Counted from the first letter of the stretch, positions 10,069-20,685 are shown. The stretch is DNA of 32,000 nucleotides from Paracoccus suum (GCF_003324675.1 NZ_CP030918.1:2550001-2582000), one strand, 5' to 3'. Translations and numbers: made by a program. Notes: generated from the letters alone by a model not told the origin.

Positions 10069-10105
10069 AAATGAAAGGCCGCCGCGCAGGGGCTGCGCGG
10101 CGGCC
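10069..10105 (-). terminator. Rho-independent terminator of the Thr/Ser-repeat gene
   Basis: GGCCGCCGCGCAG-ggg-CTGCGCGGCGGCC forms a 13-bp perfect stem, 19 nt after the stop. On the minus strand it is followed by TTTCATTT. Confidence 0.75.
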
Positions 10106-10124
10106 AAGTGTCGTCAGGCCGTGA

Positions 10125-10955
10125 TCAGTTGCTCGGGGCCGGGGTAGTGCCGGTAGCAGGCCTCGTCGTGGTGGTTGAGGACGAGCTTGCTGCAGGCGCC
10201 GTGTCCGTGGTCGTGGTCGTGGTGGACGAGGTGCTGGCAGCCGGCGCGGTGTCAGTGCTCGTCGTGGAGGACGAGCCAGCCGCGGGTGCCGTCTCTGTCG
10301 TCGTGGTCGATGACGAACTGGCGGCGGGCGCGGTGTCGGTCGACGTGCTCGAGGACGAGCCCGCCGCGGGGGCGGTGTCCGTCGTCGTGCTGGACGAGGT
10401 CGACGGCGCGGTGGTGCTGGTCGAGGACGACGAAGCGGCCGGAGCCGTGTCGGTCGAGGTCGAGCCGCTCGCCGGGGTCTCGGTCGTCGTGGTCGATGAG
10501 GTGCTGCCAGACGGGGTTTCGGTCGTGGTGGTCGACGACGAGGTGCTGGCCGGAGCCGTCGTGTCGGTCGCAGCGGGCGTGGTCGTCGTGCTGCTGGTCG
10601 ATGCCGGCTCGGTCGTCGTGGTCGAGCTGGTAGTCGAGGTCGCAGGCTCGGTCGTCGTGGTCGACGCGGCCGGTGCGGTCGTGGTCGTGCTGGACGTCGC
10701 CGGCTCGGTCGTCGTTGTGGTCGAGGTGGTCGACGTTGTGGCGGGCGTATCGACCACAACCTCGTCGCGGCCCATGAAACGGGACAGCACGAAATAGGCC
10801 AGCGCCAATGCCAGCAGGATGCCGATGATCAGCGGCAGCGGCGACGAACGCGTCTCGACCGGCTCGACATAGGTTTCGCTGACGACGGTACGCTCGCTCG
10901 GGTCTACCGGGCGATGCGGATCGGTCCGCGTGGGATCATTGGGATCGTAGCTCAT
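10125..10955 (-). CDS. Single-pass membrane protein with a ~200-aa Thr/Ser/Ala/Pro tandem-repeat tail (276 aa)
   Basis: AAGGAG lies 7 nt before the ATG. TM helix is SPLPLIIGILLALALAYFVL. The tail is built of modules like TDTAPAASSSSTTTTE. High-GC3 codons (ACC/ACG/TCG/AGC). Has its own terminator. Confidence 0.75.
   Translation of the reverse strand: MSYDPNDPTRTDPHRPVDPSERTVVSETYVEPVETRSSPLPLIIGILLALALAYFVLSRFMGRDEVVVDTPATTSTTSTTTTTEPATSSTTTTAPAASTTTTEPATSTTSSTTTTEPASTSSTTTTPAATDTTAPASTSSSTTTTETPSGSTSSTTTTETPASGSTSTDTAPAASSSSTSTTAPSTSSSTTTDTAPAAGSSSSTSTDTAPAASSSSTTTTETAPAAGSSSTTSTDTAPAASTSSTTTTTTDTAPAASSSSTTTTRPATGTTPAPSN
10128..10748 (-). repeat. Degenerate in-frame tandem repeats (units about 39-57 nt) encoding the S/T-rich tail
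   Basis: For example, GCCGGCTCGGTCGTCGTGGTCGA occurs at 10603-10625, with one mismatch at 10642-10664, and with a 3-nt insertion at 10699-10724. The compositional periodicity keeps several frames on both strands open. Confidence 0.8.
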
Positions 10956-11124
10956 TCAGCTTCTCCTTGGCCGGTTCGCAACGTTGCTCGGGCTTCCCCC
11001 CGACGGATTGGCAGTTTGCCACGCGCCATCAGCGGCGTCAGCTTGCGGCCTCTCCCTGACCCGGTAAACTGCACCTTGAAGCACAAGTTCCCGCACCGCC
11101 ATATTTTTCCGCAGGACCAGACGA

Positions 11125-13698
11125 ATGAATGAACCCGTGACACAGTACCTGGCGGAATGGCGCCCCTACCCGTTCCGCCTCCTGGAGACGCGGCTGGACG
11201 TGACGCTGTCCCCGCGCGCGACCACGGTCCGCTCGGCCCTGCGGTTCGAGCCCTTGCAGGCGGGTGCAGACCTTGTGCTGGATGGTGAAGGGCTTGCCAC
11301 CCAAAGCCTGGCCATCGACGGCCGCCGGCTCGACCTGGCAGCGCCCGCCGGGGGCCCGCTGGTGATCGCCGCGGCCGAATTGCCGCACGGCCCGTTCACC
11401 TTCGAGGCGGAGGTCACCATCGATCCTGAGGCGAACACTGCCCTCGAGGGTCTTTACCTGTCTAATGGCATGTTCTGCACGCAATGTGAGGCCCAGGGGT
11501 TTCGCCATATCACCTGGTATCCCGACCGTCCCGACGTGATGGCCCCGTTCACGGTGCGCCTGAATTCGGACCTGCCGGTCCTGCTCTCGAACGGCAATCC
11601 GGTCGCCTCGGGGCCGGGCTGGGCGGAATGGCACGACCCCTGGCCCAAACCCGCCTATCTCTTCGCGCTGGTCGCCGGCGATCTGGTCGCGGTGCCCGGC
11701 AAGTTTACGACGGCTTCGGGCCGGCCGGTCGCGCTGAATGTCTGGGTCCGCCCGGGCGATCAGGACCGGGCAGGATTTGCCATGGAGGCGCTGATCGCCT
11801 CGATGCGCTGGGACGAGCAGGTCTATGGCCGCGAATATGACCTTGACGTGTTCAATATCGTGGCCGTCGACGACTTCAACATGGGCGCGATGGAGAACAA
11901 GGGCCTCAATATCTTCAACTCGCGTCTTGTCCTCGCCTCGCCCGAGACCGCGACCGACACCGATTACGAGCGGATCGAGGCGGTCATTGCACATGAATAT
12001 TTCCACAACTGGACCGGCAACCGCATCACCTGCCGCGACTGGTTCCAGCTGTGCCTGAAAGAGGGGCTGACGGTCTTCCGCGACCAGCAGTTCACCTCGG
12101 ACATGCGCAGCGCAGCGGTCAAGCGCATCGAGGACGTCAAAACCCTGCGTGCCCGACAATTCCGCGAGGATCAGGGCCCCCTGGCCCATCCGCCGCGTCC
12201 GGATCATTACCAGGAAATCAACAACTTCTACACCGCGACCGTCTACGAGAAGGGCGCCGAAGTCATTGGCATGCTCAAGCGGCTGGTCGGCGATGAGGGC
12301 TATCGCAAGGCGCTGGACCTCTATTTCGAGCGCCATGACGGGCAGGCCTGCACCATCGAGGACTGGCTGAGGGTATTCGAGGACGCGACCGGCCGCGATC
12401 TGGCCCAGTTCGCGCGCTGGTACACCGATGCCGGCACGCCGCAACTGACCATGACCGAGCACTGGCGGCCTGACGCCGCTGGGGGCGGCAGCCTGACGCT
12501 GGGCTTTACGCAGGCCACGGCGCCCACCCCAGGGCAGCCGAACAAGGCGCCGCGCGTCATTCCGATCGCGGTCGGCCTGATCGGCCCCAATGGCGACGAA
12601 GTCATGCCGACCAGGATCCTGGAAATGACCGAGGCGGCGCAGTCATGGACCTTTGACAGCCTTGGCGCGCGACCGGTCGTCTCGGCCCTGCGCGGCTTTT
12701 CCGCGCCGGTCACACTGCAGCGCCAAATGGATGGCCCGACCCGCGCCTTTCTGCTGGCGCATGACACCGACCCATTTGCCCGGTGGGAGGCGGGCCGCGG
12801 TCTCGCGCTGGAGGCCCTGATCGGCATGGCGGCGGGCGCCGCCCCCGACCCGGGTTTCGTGGCCGCCATGGGCGCCGTCATCGCCGACAACACGCTCGAC
12901 CCCGCTTTCCGAGCCCTGGTCCTGCGCCTGCCCGGCGAGGACGAGATCGCTGCAGAGACAGCCAGCCGTGGCAACGTGCCCGACCCGGACGCGATCCATG
13001 CCGCTCGCGAGGGACTGGCGCGGGCACTGGCCGAGGCGCATCAGACCCCCTTGGGAGCGCTCTATGACGCAATGGCCGTGCCCGGCGAATATCGCCCGGA
13101 TGCCGCGGATGCCGGCAAACGCGATCTGCGCCTCGCGATCCTTGCGTTGCTGACCCGGATCGACGGTGGTGCGCGAGCGCAGGCTCTATGGGATAGCGCC
13201 GGCAACATGACCGAGCGACTCGGCGCGCTGGCGTCGCTCGTCGCCGCTGGCCGGGCCGAGGCAGCGCTGAGGCAGTTCGAAGCGCAGGGCCGCGGCAACC
13301 GGTTGGTGATGGACAAGTGGTTCGGCGTGCAGGTCAGCGCCGCCCCGCCAAAGGATGCGCTGGCGACCGCCGAAAGCCTCTCGCAGCGGCCCGATTTCGA
13401 CTGGAAGAACCCGAACCGCTATCGCGCGCTGATCGGCGGCTTTGCCGCGAACCATGCCGCCTTCCACGCCGCGGATGGCGGCGGCTACCGCTTTGCAGCC
13501 GGCTGGATCAGCCGCATGGACGAGTTGAACCCGCAGATCGCCGCACGCCAATGCTCGGTATTCGAGACATGGGCCCGCTACGACGCCAGCCGTCGTGCCC
13601 ATGCACAGGCCGCGATGCAGGCGATCGCCGCGCGTCCGGGCCTATCGCGCAACACTAAGGAAATGATCTCTCGTCTGCTGGGCGCGGGCGGGCGTTAG
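11125..13698 (+). CDS. pepN: Aminopeptidase N (M1 family)
   Basis: 857 aa with the GAMEN motif (FNMGAMENKG) and zinc site HEYFHNWTGNR...KEGLTVF. Confidence 0.95.
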   Translation: MNEPVTQYLAEWRPYPFRLLETRLDVTLSPRATTVRSALRFEPLQAGADLVLDGEGLATQSLAIDGRRLDLAAPAGGPLVIAAAELPHGPFTFEAEVTIDPEANTALEGLYLSNGMFCTQCEAQGFRHITWYPDRPDVMAPFTVRLNSDLPVLLSNGNPVASGPGWAEWHDPWPKPAYLFALVAGDLVAVPGKFTTASGRPVALNVWVRPGDQDRAGFAMEALIASMRWDEQVYGREYDLDVFNIVAVDDFNMGAMENKGLNIFNSRLVLASPETATDTDYERIEAVIAHEYFHNWTGNRITCRDWFQLCLKEGLTVFRDQQFTSDMRSAAVKRIEDVKTLRARQFREDQGPLAHPPRPDHYQEINNFYTATVYEKGAEVIGMLKRLVGDEGYRKALDLYFERHDGQACTIEDWLRVFEDATGRDLAQFARWYTDAGTPQLTMTEHWRPDAAGGGSLTLGFTQATAPTPGQPNKAPRVIPIAVGLIGPNGDEVMPTRILEMTEAAQSWTFDSLGARPVVSALRGFSAPVTLQRQMDGPTRAFLLAHDTDPFARWEAGRGLALEALIGMAAGAAPDPGFVAAMGAVIADNTLDPAFRALVLRLPGEDEIAAETASRGNVPDPDAIHAAREGLARALAEAHQTPLGALYDAMAVPGEYRPDAADAGKRDLRLAILALLTRIDGGARAQALWDSAGNMTERLGALASLVAAGRAEAALRQFEAQGRGNRLVMDKWFGVQVSAAPPKDALATAESLSQRPDFDWKNPNRYRALIGGFAANHAAFHAADGGGYRFAAGWISRMDELNPQIAARQCSVFETWARYDASRRAHAQAAMQAIAARPGLSRNTKEMISRLLGAGGR

Positions 13699-13717
13699 TC
13701 CGCTTGCGCCCGCCCGC
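13684..13717 (+). terminator. GC-rich stem-loop spanning the pepN stop (possible terminator or attenuator, no U-tract)
   Basis: GCGGGCGGGCG - 12-nt loop - CGCCCGCCCGC forms an 11-bp perfect stem. The loop contains the pepN TAG. Confidence 0.35.
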
Positions 13718-13737
13718 CGCTAGGACATAATCGCGGT

Positions 13738-14646
13738 ATGGACGCCCGGAAGGAAATGCAGAGCCGCCTCGACCCGCTCATCGCCGAGCGGGCGCCGTGG
13801 TTCTTTTCAGGACGCGCGCATCATGCGGTGTTCCGCAGCGCCTTGATGGCCTTGCTGCACTATCCGCGCACGCTGGACCTGGCGGCCGAGTTTCGCGATC
13901 TGCCCTCGGCCGAGATCTTTCGTCGCATGCAGGCCCTGATCGTGCGCGACCTGCGCGTCGAGGGGCTGGAGAATATCCCCGCCACCGGCCCGGCACTGAT
14001 CGTTGCGAACCACCCGACCGGGATCGCTGACGGGTTGGTGCTGGACGCGGTCGTCTCGGCCGTGCGCGACGATCTATTCATCTATGCCAACCACGACATC
14101 ATTCGCGTGCTGCCGCAACTGTCCGACATCATCGCCCCAGTCGAATGGCGCGTCGAAAAGCGCAGTCATGCCAAGACCAAGGCGACGATGGACTACACCC
14201 GCGCCGCACTGGCGCAGGGCCGCATCGGGCTGATCTTCCCATCGGGAAGGCTGGCCAAGCGCGTCGGCCTGACGCTTAACGAGCGGCCGTGGATGTCCTC
14301 GGCGGCGATGATCGCCAAGAAGTTCGACGCGCCCGTGATCCCGCTGCGGATTTTCGCCCGAAACTCGGCCTTCTTCTATGCGCTGGACAAGGTGCACCCG
14401 ACGCTGCGCGACGTCACTTTGTTCCATGAGGTGCTGAACAAGGCCGGCCACACCTACAAGATCACGGTCGGTCGGCCGATTTCCGCCGCCAGCCTTCCAA
14501 AGAGCAGCGAGGAAGGGATTGCCGTCCTGCGCCGCGCGGTGCTGGAATTGCGCGAGCCCGGCCCTGATGCCCGCCGGCTGGAGCAGATCGACGGCCTCAA
14601 GCGCCGGCGGCGTCACGCCCGCATCGCCGCGAAGGAGAAAAGCTGA
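13738..14646 (+). CDS. PlsC-like (lysophospholipid) acyltransferase family protein
   Basis: 302 aa with acyltransferase blocks ANHPTGIADG and IFPSGRLA. Substrate unknown. Confidence 0.65.
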   Translation: MDARKEMQSRLDPLIAERAPWFFSGRAHHAVFRSALMALLHYPRTLDLAAEFRDLPSAEIFRRMQALIVRDLRVEGLENIPATGPALIVANHPTGIADGLVLDAVVSAVRDDLFIYANHDIIRVLPQLSDIIAPVEWRVEKRSHAKTKATMDYTRAALAQGRIGLIFPSGRLAKRVGLTLNERPWMSSAAMIAKKFDAPVIPLRIFARNSAFFYALDKVHPTLRDVTLFHEVLNKAGHTYKITVGRPISAASLPKSSEEGIAVLRRAVLELREPGPDARRLEQIDGLKRRRRHARIAAKEKS

Positions 14647-14966
14647 TGCCCGCCTATGTGGTCGCCACGCTGAACGTCACCAACCCCGAGCCTTACCGCC
14701 GCTACGCCAGCGTCACGCCCGAGGTGATCGCCCGTCACGGCGGCCGCTTCCTGACCCGTGGCGGCGCCATTGAGGTGCTGGAGGGGGCTGGCGCGCCGCA
14801 ACGCATGGTGCTGATCGAGTTTCCCGATGCCGAGGCCGCCCGGGCCTTTTACGGCGATCCGCTGTATCAGGAAGCGGCGATCTATCGCCGAGAGGGGTCC
14901 GAAAACGGGCTGTTCCTGTTGCAGGAAGGCGTTCCGGACAGCACCGCCCCCGATCCCGACCTCTGA
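14646..14966 (+). CDS. DUF1330 domain protein (106 aa)
   Basis: MPAYVVATLNVTNPEPYRRY...GGRFLTRGG...IEFPDAEAARAFY is typical of DUF1330. Its ATG overlaps the upstream TGA by 1 nt. Confidence 0.75.
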   Translation: MPAYVVATLNVTNPEPYRRYASVTPEVIARHGGRFLTRGGAIEVLEGAGAPQRMVLIEFPDAEAARAFYGDPLYQEAAIYRREGSENGLFLLQEGVPDSTAPDPDL

Positions 14967-15021
14967 CGTCCGCTCGGGCCGGGCGCGCGCGCCAATGGCG
15001 GCCGCCCTGCCCTGACGCAGC

Positions 15022-15513
15022 TCAGTGTTCCTCGGCCTGATCCGCGCTGGTGGCGTTCAGATGGCCATACAGCTGCCCGCCCAGATCGCCATAGAGGTCC
15101 AGTTGCGTCTCGAGGAAGTCGATATGGCCTTCCTCGTCCTGGATCAGATCGTCGAACAGCGACTTGGACACCTGGTCATTGACGCTCGCGCAATACTGGC
15201 GCGCCTCAAGATAGAGGTTGCGCGCATCATGCTCGCCGGCGAGGTCGGCATCCAGCGTTTCCTTGAGGTTCTGGCCGATCCGCAACGGATCGAGGCGCTG
15301 CAGGTTCGGATGGCCTTCGAGGAAGATGATGCGGGCGATCAACCGGTCGGCATGCCGCATTTCTTCGATCGATTCGGTGCGCGATTTCTCGGCGATCTTG
15401 CCGTAGCCCCAGTCTTCCTGAAGGCGGTAATGGAGCCAGTACTGGCTGACCGCCGTCAGTTCGGACCGCAATGCTGCGTTCAGGTATTCGATAACCTTCT
15501 CGTCGCCCTTCAT
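15022..15513 (-). CDS. bfr: Bacterioferritin
   Basis: [31 protein letters not shown]..., 163 aa. AGGAG lies 6 nt upstream. Confidence 0.95.
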   Translation of the reverse strand: MKGDEKVIEYLNAALRSELTAVSQYWLHYRLQEDWGYGKIAEKSRTESIEEMRHADRLIARIIFLEGHPNLQRLDPLRIGQNLKETLDADLAGEHDARNLYLEARQYCASVNDQVSKSLFDDLIQDEEGHIDFLETQLDLYGDLGGQLYGHLNATSADQAEEH

Positions 15514-15524
15514 TCACCGCTCTC

Positions 15525-15788
15525 CTAAGCTGTGGACCGGCGCAGGCCGGTGAGTTCCGCCGGCACGTCGCTGGCCTGCACCCCGTTTGCGGTCGGCACG
15601 GCAAAACCGGGCGCGTCGCGCATTGTGGCCACGAACAGCGCCGCGCAGCCTCCGCAATCGGCACGTTTACCGAGTGCGCGGAAGACCTTGCCGGCGGTGA
15701 TGATGGTATCGCAGTCGGATGCGCGCATCCAGCCTACTGCGGCGCGCACGTCGTGGTCGGTAATCGACTGGCAGTGGCAGATGATCAT
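15525..15788 (-). CDS. bfd: Bacterioferritin-associated ferredoxin, (2Fe-2S)-binding
   Basis: MIICHCQSITD...KRADCGGC gives the Bfd Cys pattern. Start re-set to ATG 15788. Directly upstream of bfr. Confidence 0.85.
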   Translation of the reverse strand: MIICHCQSITDHDVRAAVGWMRASDCDTIITAGKVFRALGKRADCGGCAALFVATMRDAPGFAVPTANGVQASDVPAELTGLRRSTA

Positions 15789-15960
15789 GGCGCGAGCCTC
15801 GGGGCGGAGTCGGCGCAAACCTTAGAGAACTAGTCGGATTTGTCAAGAAAACCCCTTAGGTGAGGCGATTCCACTGACTTTTAAGTAAACTCAATAGTAT
15901 CAATAATTTATTAGAGACTTCGAGATAAGTCCTGCGAACCAATTCAGGGAGGGACTTACC
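15789..15960. promoter_or_regulatory. AT-rich divergent promoter region (bfd-bfr leftward, lipoprotein rightward) with short dyads and repeats
   Basis: This is the only clearly AT-rich stretch in the window. Contains TGACTTTTAAGTAA (15875-15888, imperfect dyad), GACTT-N6-AAGTC (15916-15931), TCAATA twice 9 bp apart (15891, 15900) and TTAGAGA twice (15822, 15911). A possible sigma70-like TTAAGT-17-TAATTT lies at 15881-15909 on the + strand. Confidence 0.4.
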
Positions 15961-16341
15961 GTGACACTTTCAAAAACCGTAACGCTTGCCATTGCCTCGT
16001 TGACTGCCACCTCGATTCTGGCGGGCTGCGCTACCAAGAGCGAGGATATTTCCGCCAGCTACGTTTCGCCCAACATGTTCCAGCAGCAAAGCTGCGGACA
16101 ACTGGGTGAGGAGGCGCAGCGCCTGTCGGCTCGCGCCACGGCGGCCGTGTCGGCGCAGGACCGGAAAGCGTCGAACGATGCTGCCGCCACCGCGGTCAGC
16201 CTGGTGCTGTTCTGGCCGGCCGCTTTCCTCATCAAAGGCGACAAGGCTTCGGCGGCTGAGGTCGCCAGGTTGAAAGGCGAGATGCATGCGATCGAGCAGG
16301 CAAGCGCTCAAAAGCGCTGCAATATTCGCTTTAACAGCTGA
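15961..16341 (+). CDS. Small lipoprotein of unknown function (126 aa)
   Basis: GTG start 7 nt after GGGAGGG. Signal plus lipobox LTATSILAGC. Two further Cys residues (QQSCGQL, KRCNIRF). Visibly lower GC than its neighbours. Confidence 0.7.
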   Translation: MTLSKTVTLAIASLTATSILAGCATKSEDISASYVSPNMFQQQSCGQLGEEAQRLSARATAAVSAQDRKASNDAAATAVSLVLFWPAAFLIKGDKASAAEVARLKGEMHAIEQASAQKRCNIRFNS

Positions 16342-16344
16342 CGA

Positions 16345-18533
<2,189 letters not shown>

Positions 18534-18635
18534 TTACGCGGCGAGGCGCTGCGGCGCAAGCCGCGCAAGGCCGTCGGCACGGGGGATGGCCTCTTCGCGA
18601 TGGCTTGGCCTCTGCGGCGCGCTCGGAGTGGCGGG

Positions 18636-19580
18636 CTAGGCCTGCGCCGCGTGCCATTCGGCATCGATCTCTGTCAGCAGCGCCCTCGCCCGCGTGGTGA
18701 TTTCGCTTGCCATGCGGGCCGGGAGGGGCGGCAGCGCGCGATCGCCGCGGTAGACCAGATACCAGGTCCGGTCGATCGGCAGGCCGGCGGCGTCCAGCAG
18801 GACCAGGCGTCCGGCCCGCAACTCATCCGTGACTGTGTGCAGTGACAGAAACGCGATGCCGAGACCGGCGAGGACCGCCTGCTTGATCGTCTCGTTGCTG
18901 TCCATCTCGACAAGCCGGTAGTCGCGGCCCTCGCCGATTCGGTCCAGATAGCGGGTCATCAGCGTACGCGTGCCCGAGCCCGGCTCGCGCGCAAGGAACA
19001 CCTCGTCAGCGAGATCGGCGCCGGTGACGCCACGCCGCCCGTCGAGGCGGTGGCCAGCCGGCAGCACGATGCCGTGCGGGTGCGGGCCGAGATCGCTCGC
19101 GACGACCACCGGCTCGCGCGGGGGGCGACCCATCAGCGCCAGGTCGATGGCGCCCGAGGCCAGGCCCTCGATGGTCGCCTCGCGGTTGCCGACGCTGAGA
19201 GCAATCTCGGCCCCCGGCATGGCATCCATCAGGTTGCGCACCAGCCGCGGGGCGAAATACTTGGCGGTGGAGACGACGCCGAGGACCAGCCGGCCCACTT
19301 CGCCGCGCCGCAGGGCGTCAATCTCGGCCCCAGCGCGGTCCATGGCCGCGTCAATACGCCGCGCCGCGTCGATCATCGCCTGCCCCTCCCAAGTCGGGAC
19401 GAATCCCGCGCTGCGGTCGAACAGCGGCCCCTCGATCGCACTTTCCAAGCCCGCCAACTGGGCGTGAATCGCCGGCACAGTCAGGCCGATCCGGCCCGCG
19501 GCAAGCGTCAGCGAGCCGTTATCGCTGACGGCGAGCAGGGCGCGCAGCTGTTTCAGGGTCACCGCGTCCATGCGTATCAT
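18636..19580 (-). CDS. cbbR: LysR-type activator of the cbb operon
   Basis: N-terminal HTH (LTLAAGRIGLTVPAIHAQL) in a 314-aa LysR architecture, divergent from cbbF. AGGAAA lies 7 nt before the ATG. The alternative ATG at 19571 is not excluded. Confidence 0.9.
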   Translation of the reverse strand: MIRMDAVTLKQLRALLAVSDNGSLTLAAGRIGLTVPAIHAQLAGLESAIEGPLFDRSAGFVPTWEGQAMIDAARRIDAAMDRAGAEIDALRRGEVGRLVLGVVSTAKYFAPRLVRNLMDAMPGAEIALSVGNREATIEGLASGAIDLALMGRPPREPVVVASDLGPHPHGIVLPAGHRLDGRRGVTGADLADEVFLAREPGSGTRTLMTRYLDRIGEGRDYRLVEMDSNETIKQAVLAGLGIAFLSLHTVTDELRAGRLVLLDAAGLPIDRTWYLVYRGDRALPPLPARMASEITTRARALLTEIDAEWHAAQA

Positions 19581-19668
19581 TCAGATTTCCTGAAAAGCGA
19601 TTTCCTATAATTATATTTCCTTGAATATTCCCCGTCGTCAACCTGCCCTCTATCGGGGAGGTTCGATC
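19580..19668. promoter_or_regulatory. cbbR-cbbF divergent control region (LysR dyad, ATTTCCT x3, palindromic TATAATTATA)
   Basis: TTCAG-N5-CTGAA at 19580-19594 contains a T-N11-A. ATTTCCT occurs at 19585, 19600 and 19615, exactly 15 bp apart. TATAATTATA at 19606-19615 gives a TATAAT on each strand. Confidence 0.55.
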
Positions 19669-20682
19669 ATGACGGCACAACAACCTGGCAGCGTACGGAT
19701 GTTCGACGGGCTGCCGTCGGAACTCGGGGATACGCTGGCCCGGCTGGCCGCGGTCGGGGCCAGAATCAGCCGCCGCATCGCCCGCGGCGGCCTTGAAGAA
19801 CACCTGGCGGGCGCGGTCGGCACCAACGCCGGCGGCGATGGTCAGAAAGCGCTCGACCTGATCGCCGACGAGGCCTTTCACGCCGCGCTCGAAGGCTCGG
19901 CGGTTCGCTGGGTCGCCTCTGAGGAGCGCGAGGAAGCAAGCCCCATCAACCCCGCTGGCAGCCTGGCCCTGGCGATCGACCCGCTCGACGGCAGCTCGAA
20001 CATCGAGACGAATGTCTCGATCGGCACCATCTTCGGCATCTATCCGGCCGAGGCGACGGCCGAGGCCAGCTTTCTGCGCCCGGGCCATGAGCTGATCGCG
20101 GCGGGTTACATCATCTACGGTCCGCAATGCGCGATGATTATCGCGACCCCCGGCGGCGTGCGCTGCGCCATCCTCGATCCCGACAGCGGCGGCTTTGCCC
20201 CCGCCCCCTTACTCCGGGACATCCCCGAGGGATCGTGCGAATACGCGATCAACGCCAGCAACTACCGCCACTGGCCGGCGCCGATCCGCGCCTACGTCGA
20301 TGACATGGTCGCCGGCAGCGACGGGCCGCGCGGGCGCAATTTCAACATGCGCTGGATCGCCTCGCTGGTGGCAGAGCTGCATCGCATCCTGATCCGCGGC
20401 GGGGTTTTCCTCTATCCCGGCGACGACCGGCCCAGCTATGCGCAGGGCCGCCTGCGCATGGTCTACGAGGCCGCGCCCGTCGCGTTTCTGGTTGAGGCCG
20501 CCGGAGGGGCCGCCACCGACGGTTGCGAGCGTATCCTCGATCAGGTGCCCGGCAGCCTGCACGCCCGCACGCCGCTGGTGTTCGGCGCCCGCGACAAGGT
20601 CGCCCGCGTCGCCACCTATCACGACCTCGACGACACCGAAACTTCGGCGCTGTTCACCCGGCGCGGCCTGTTCAGGAGCTGA
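19669..20682 (+). CDS. cbbF: Fructose-1,6-/sedoheptulose-1,7-bisphosphatase, class 1
   Basis: FBPase motif [21 protein letters not shown]. Start re-set to ATG 19669, 7 nt after GGGGAGG. The track uses an upstream TTG. Confidence 0.92.
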   Translation: MTAQQPGSVRMFDGLPSELGDTLARLAAVGARISRRIARGGLEEHLAGAVGTNAGGDGQKALDLIADEAFHAALEGSAVRWVASEEREEASPINPAGSLALAIDPLDGSSNIETNVSIGTIFGIYPAEATAEASFLRPGHELIAAGYIIYGPQCAMIIATPGGVRCAILDPDSGGFAPAPLLRDIPEGSCEYAINASNYRHWPAPIRAYVDDMVAGSDGPRGRNFNMRWIASLVAELHRILIRGGVFLYPGDDRPSYAQGRLRMVYEAAPVAFLVEAAGGAATDGCERILDQVPGSLHARTPLVFGARDKVARVATYHDLDDTETSALFTRRGLFRS

Positions 20683-20685
20683 TTG

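Noticed and set aside
9891-10070. N-terminal extensions suggested by the ORF track for glcB. The same applies to cbbF 19621, cbbL 24653, cbbS 26041, cbbX 26553, cbbY 28179, bfd 15818 and the ArsC-like gene 2069.
   Set aside because: The extensions are R/P/A-rich, often overlap the preceding gene, and have no counterpart in the families. Strong SD motifs sit in front of the internal starts that match canonical N-termini.
10128-10748. Possible CRISPR-like or non-coding satellite array
   Set aside because: The units are degenerate, variable in length, always multiples of 3 nt, and have no unique spacers. They sit inside a well-supported ORF, so these are coding tandem repeats.
9923-10797. Alternative frames over the repeat region: an R/P-rich 278-aa ORF on the minus strand, plus V/D/A-rich 229-aa and 152-aa ORFs on the plus strand
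   Set aside because: They stay open only because of the triplet-periodic repeat composition. They lack an SD and TM or signal features. The S/T frame has an AAGGAG-ATG, a TM anchor, preferred codons and a terminator right after its stop.
11038-12462. 474-aa ORF antisense to pepN, and the 564-aa ORF 4906-6600 antisense to pntA
   Set aside because: Same reasoning as above. The sense-strand proteins carry family-defining motifs (GAMEN/HExxH for pepN, Rossmann plus TM helices for pntA).
14977-15012. GC palindromes (GGCGCGCGCGCC, GGCGGCCGCC) between DUF1330 and bfr as a bidirectional terminator
   Set aside because: The possible outer stem has a mismatch and a 16-nt loop, and there are no U-tracts. 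Short GC palindromes are common in such GC-rich DNA. The evidence is too weak to call a feature.
15885-15915. Classical Fur box in the AT-rich island upstream of bfd
   Set aside because: My best hand alignment to GATAATGATAATCATTATC gave only about 10/19 matches, which is expected by chance in AT-rich DNA. I kept it only as a generic candidate operator region.
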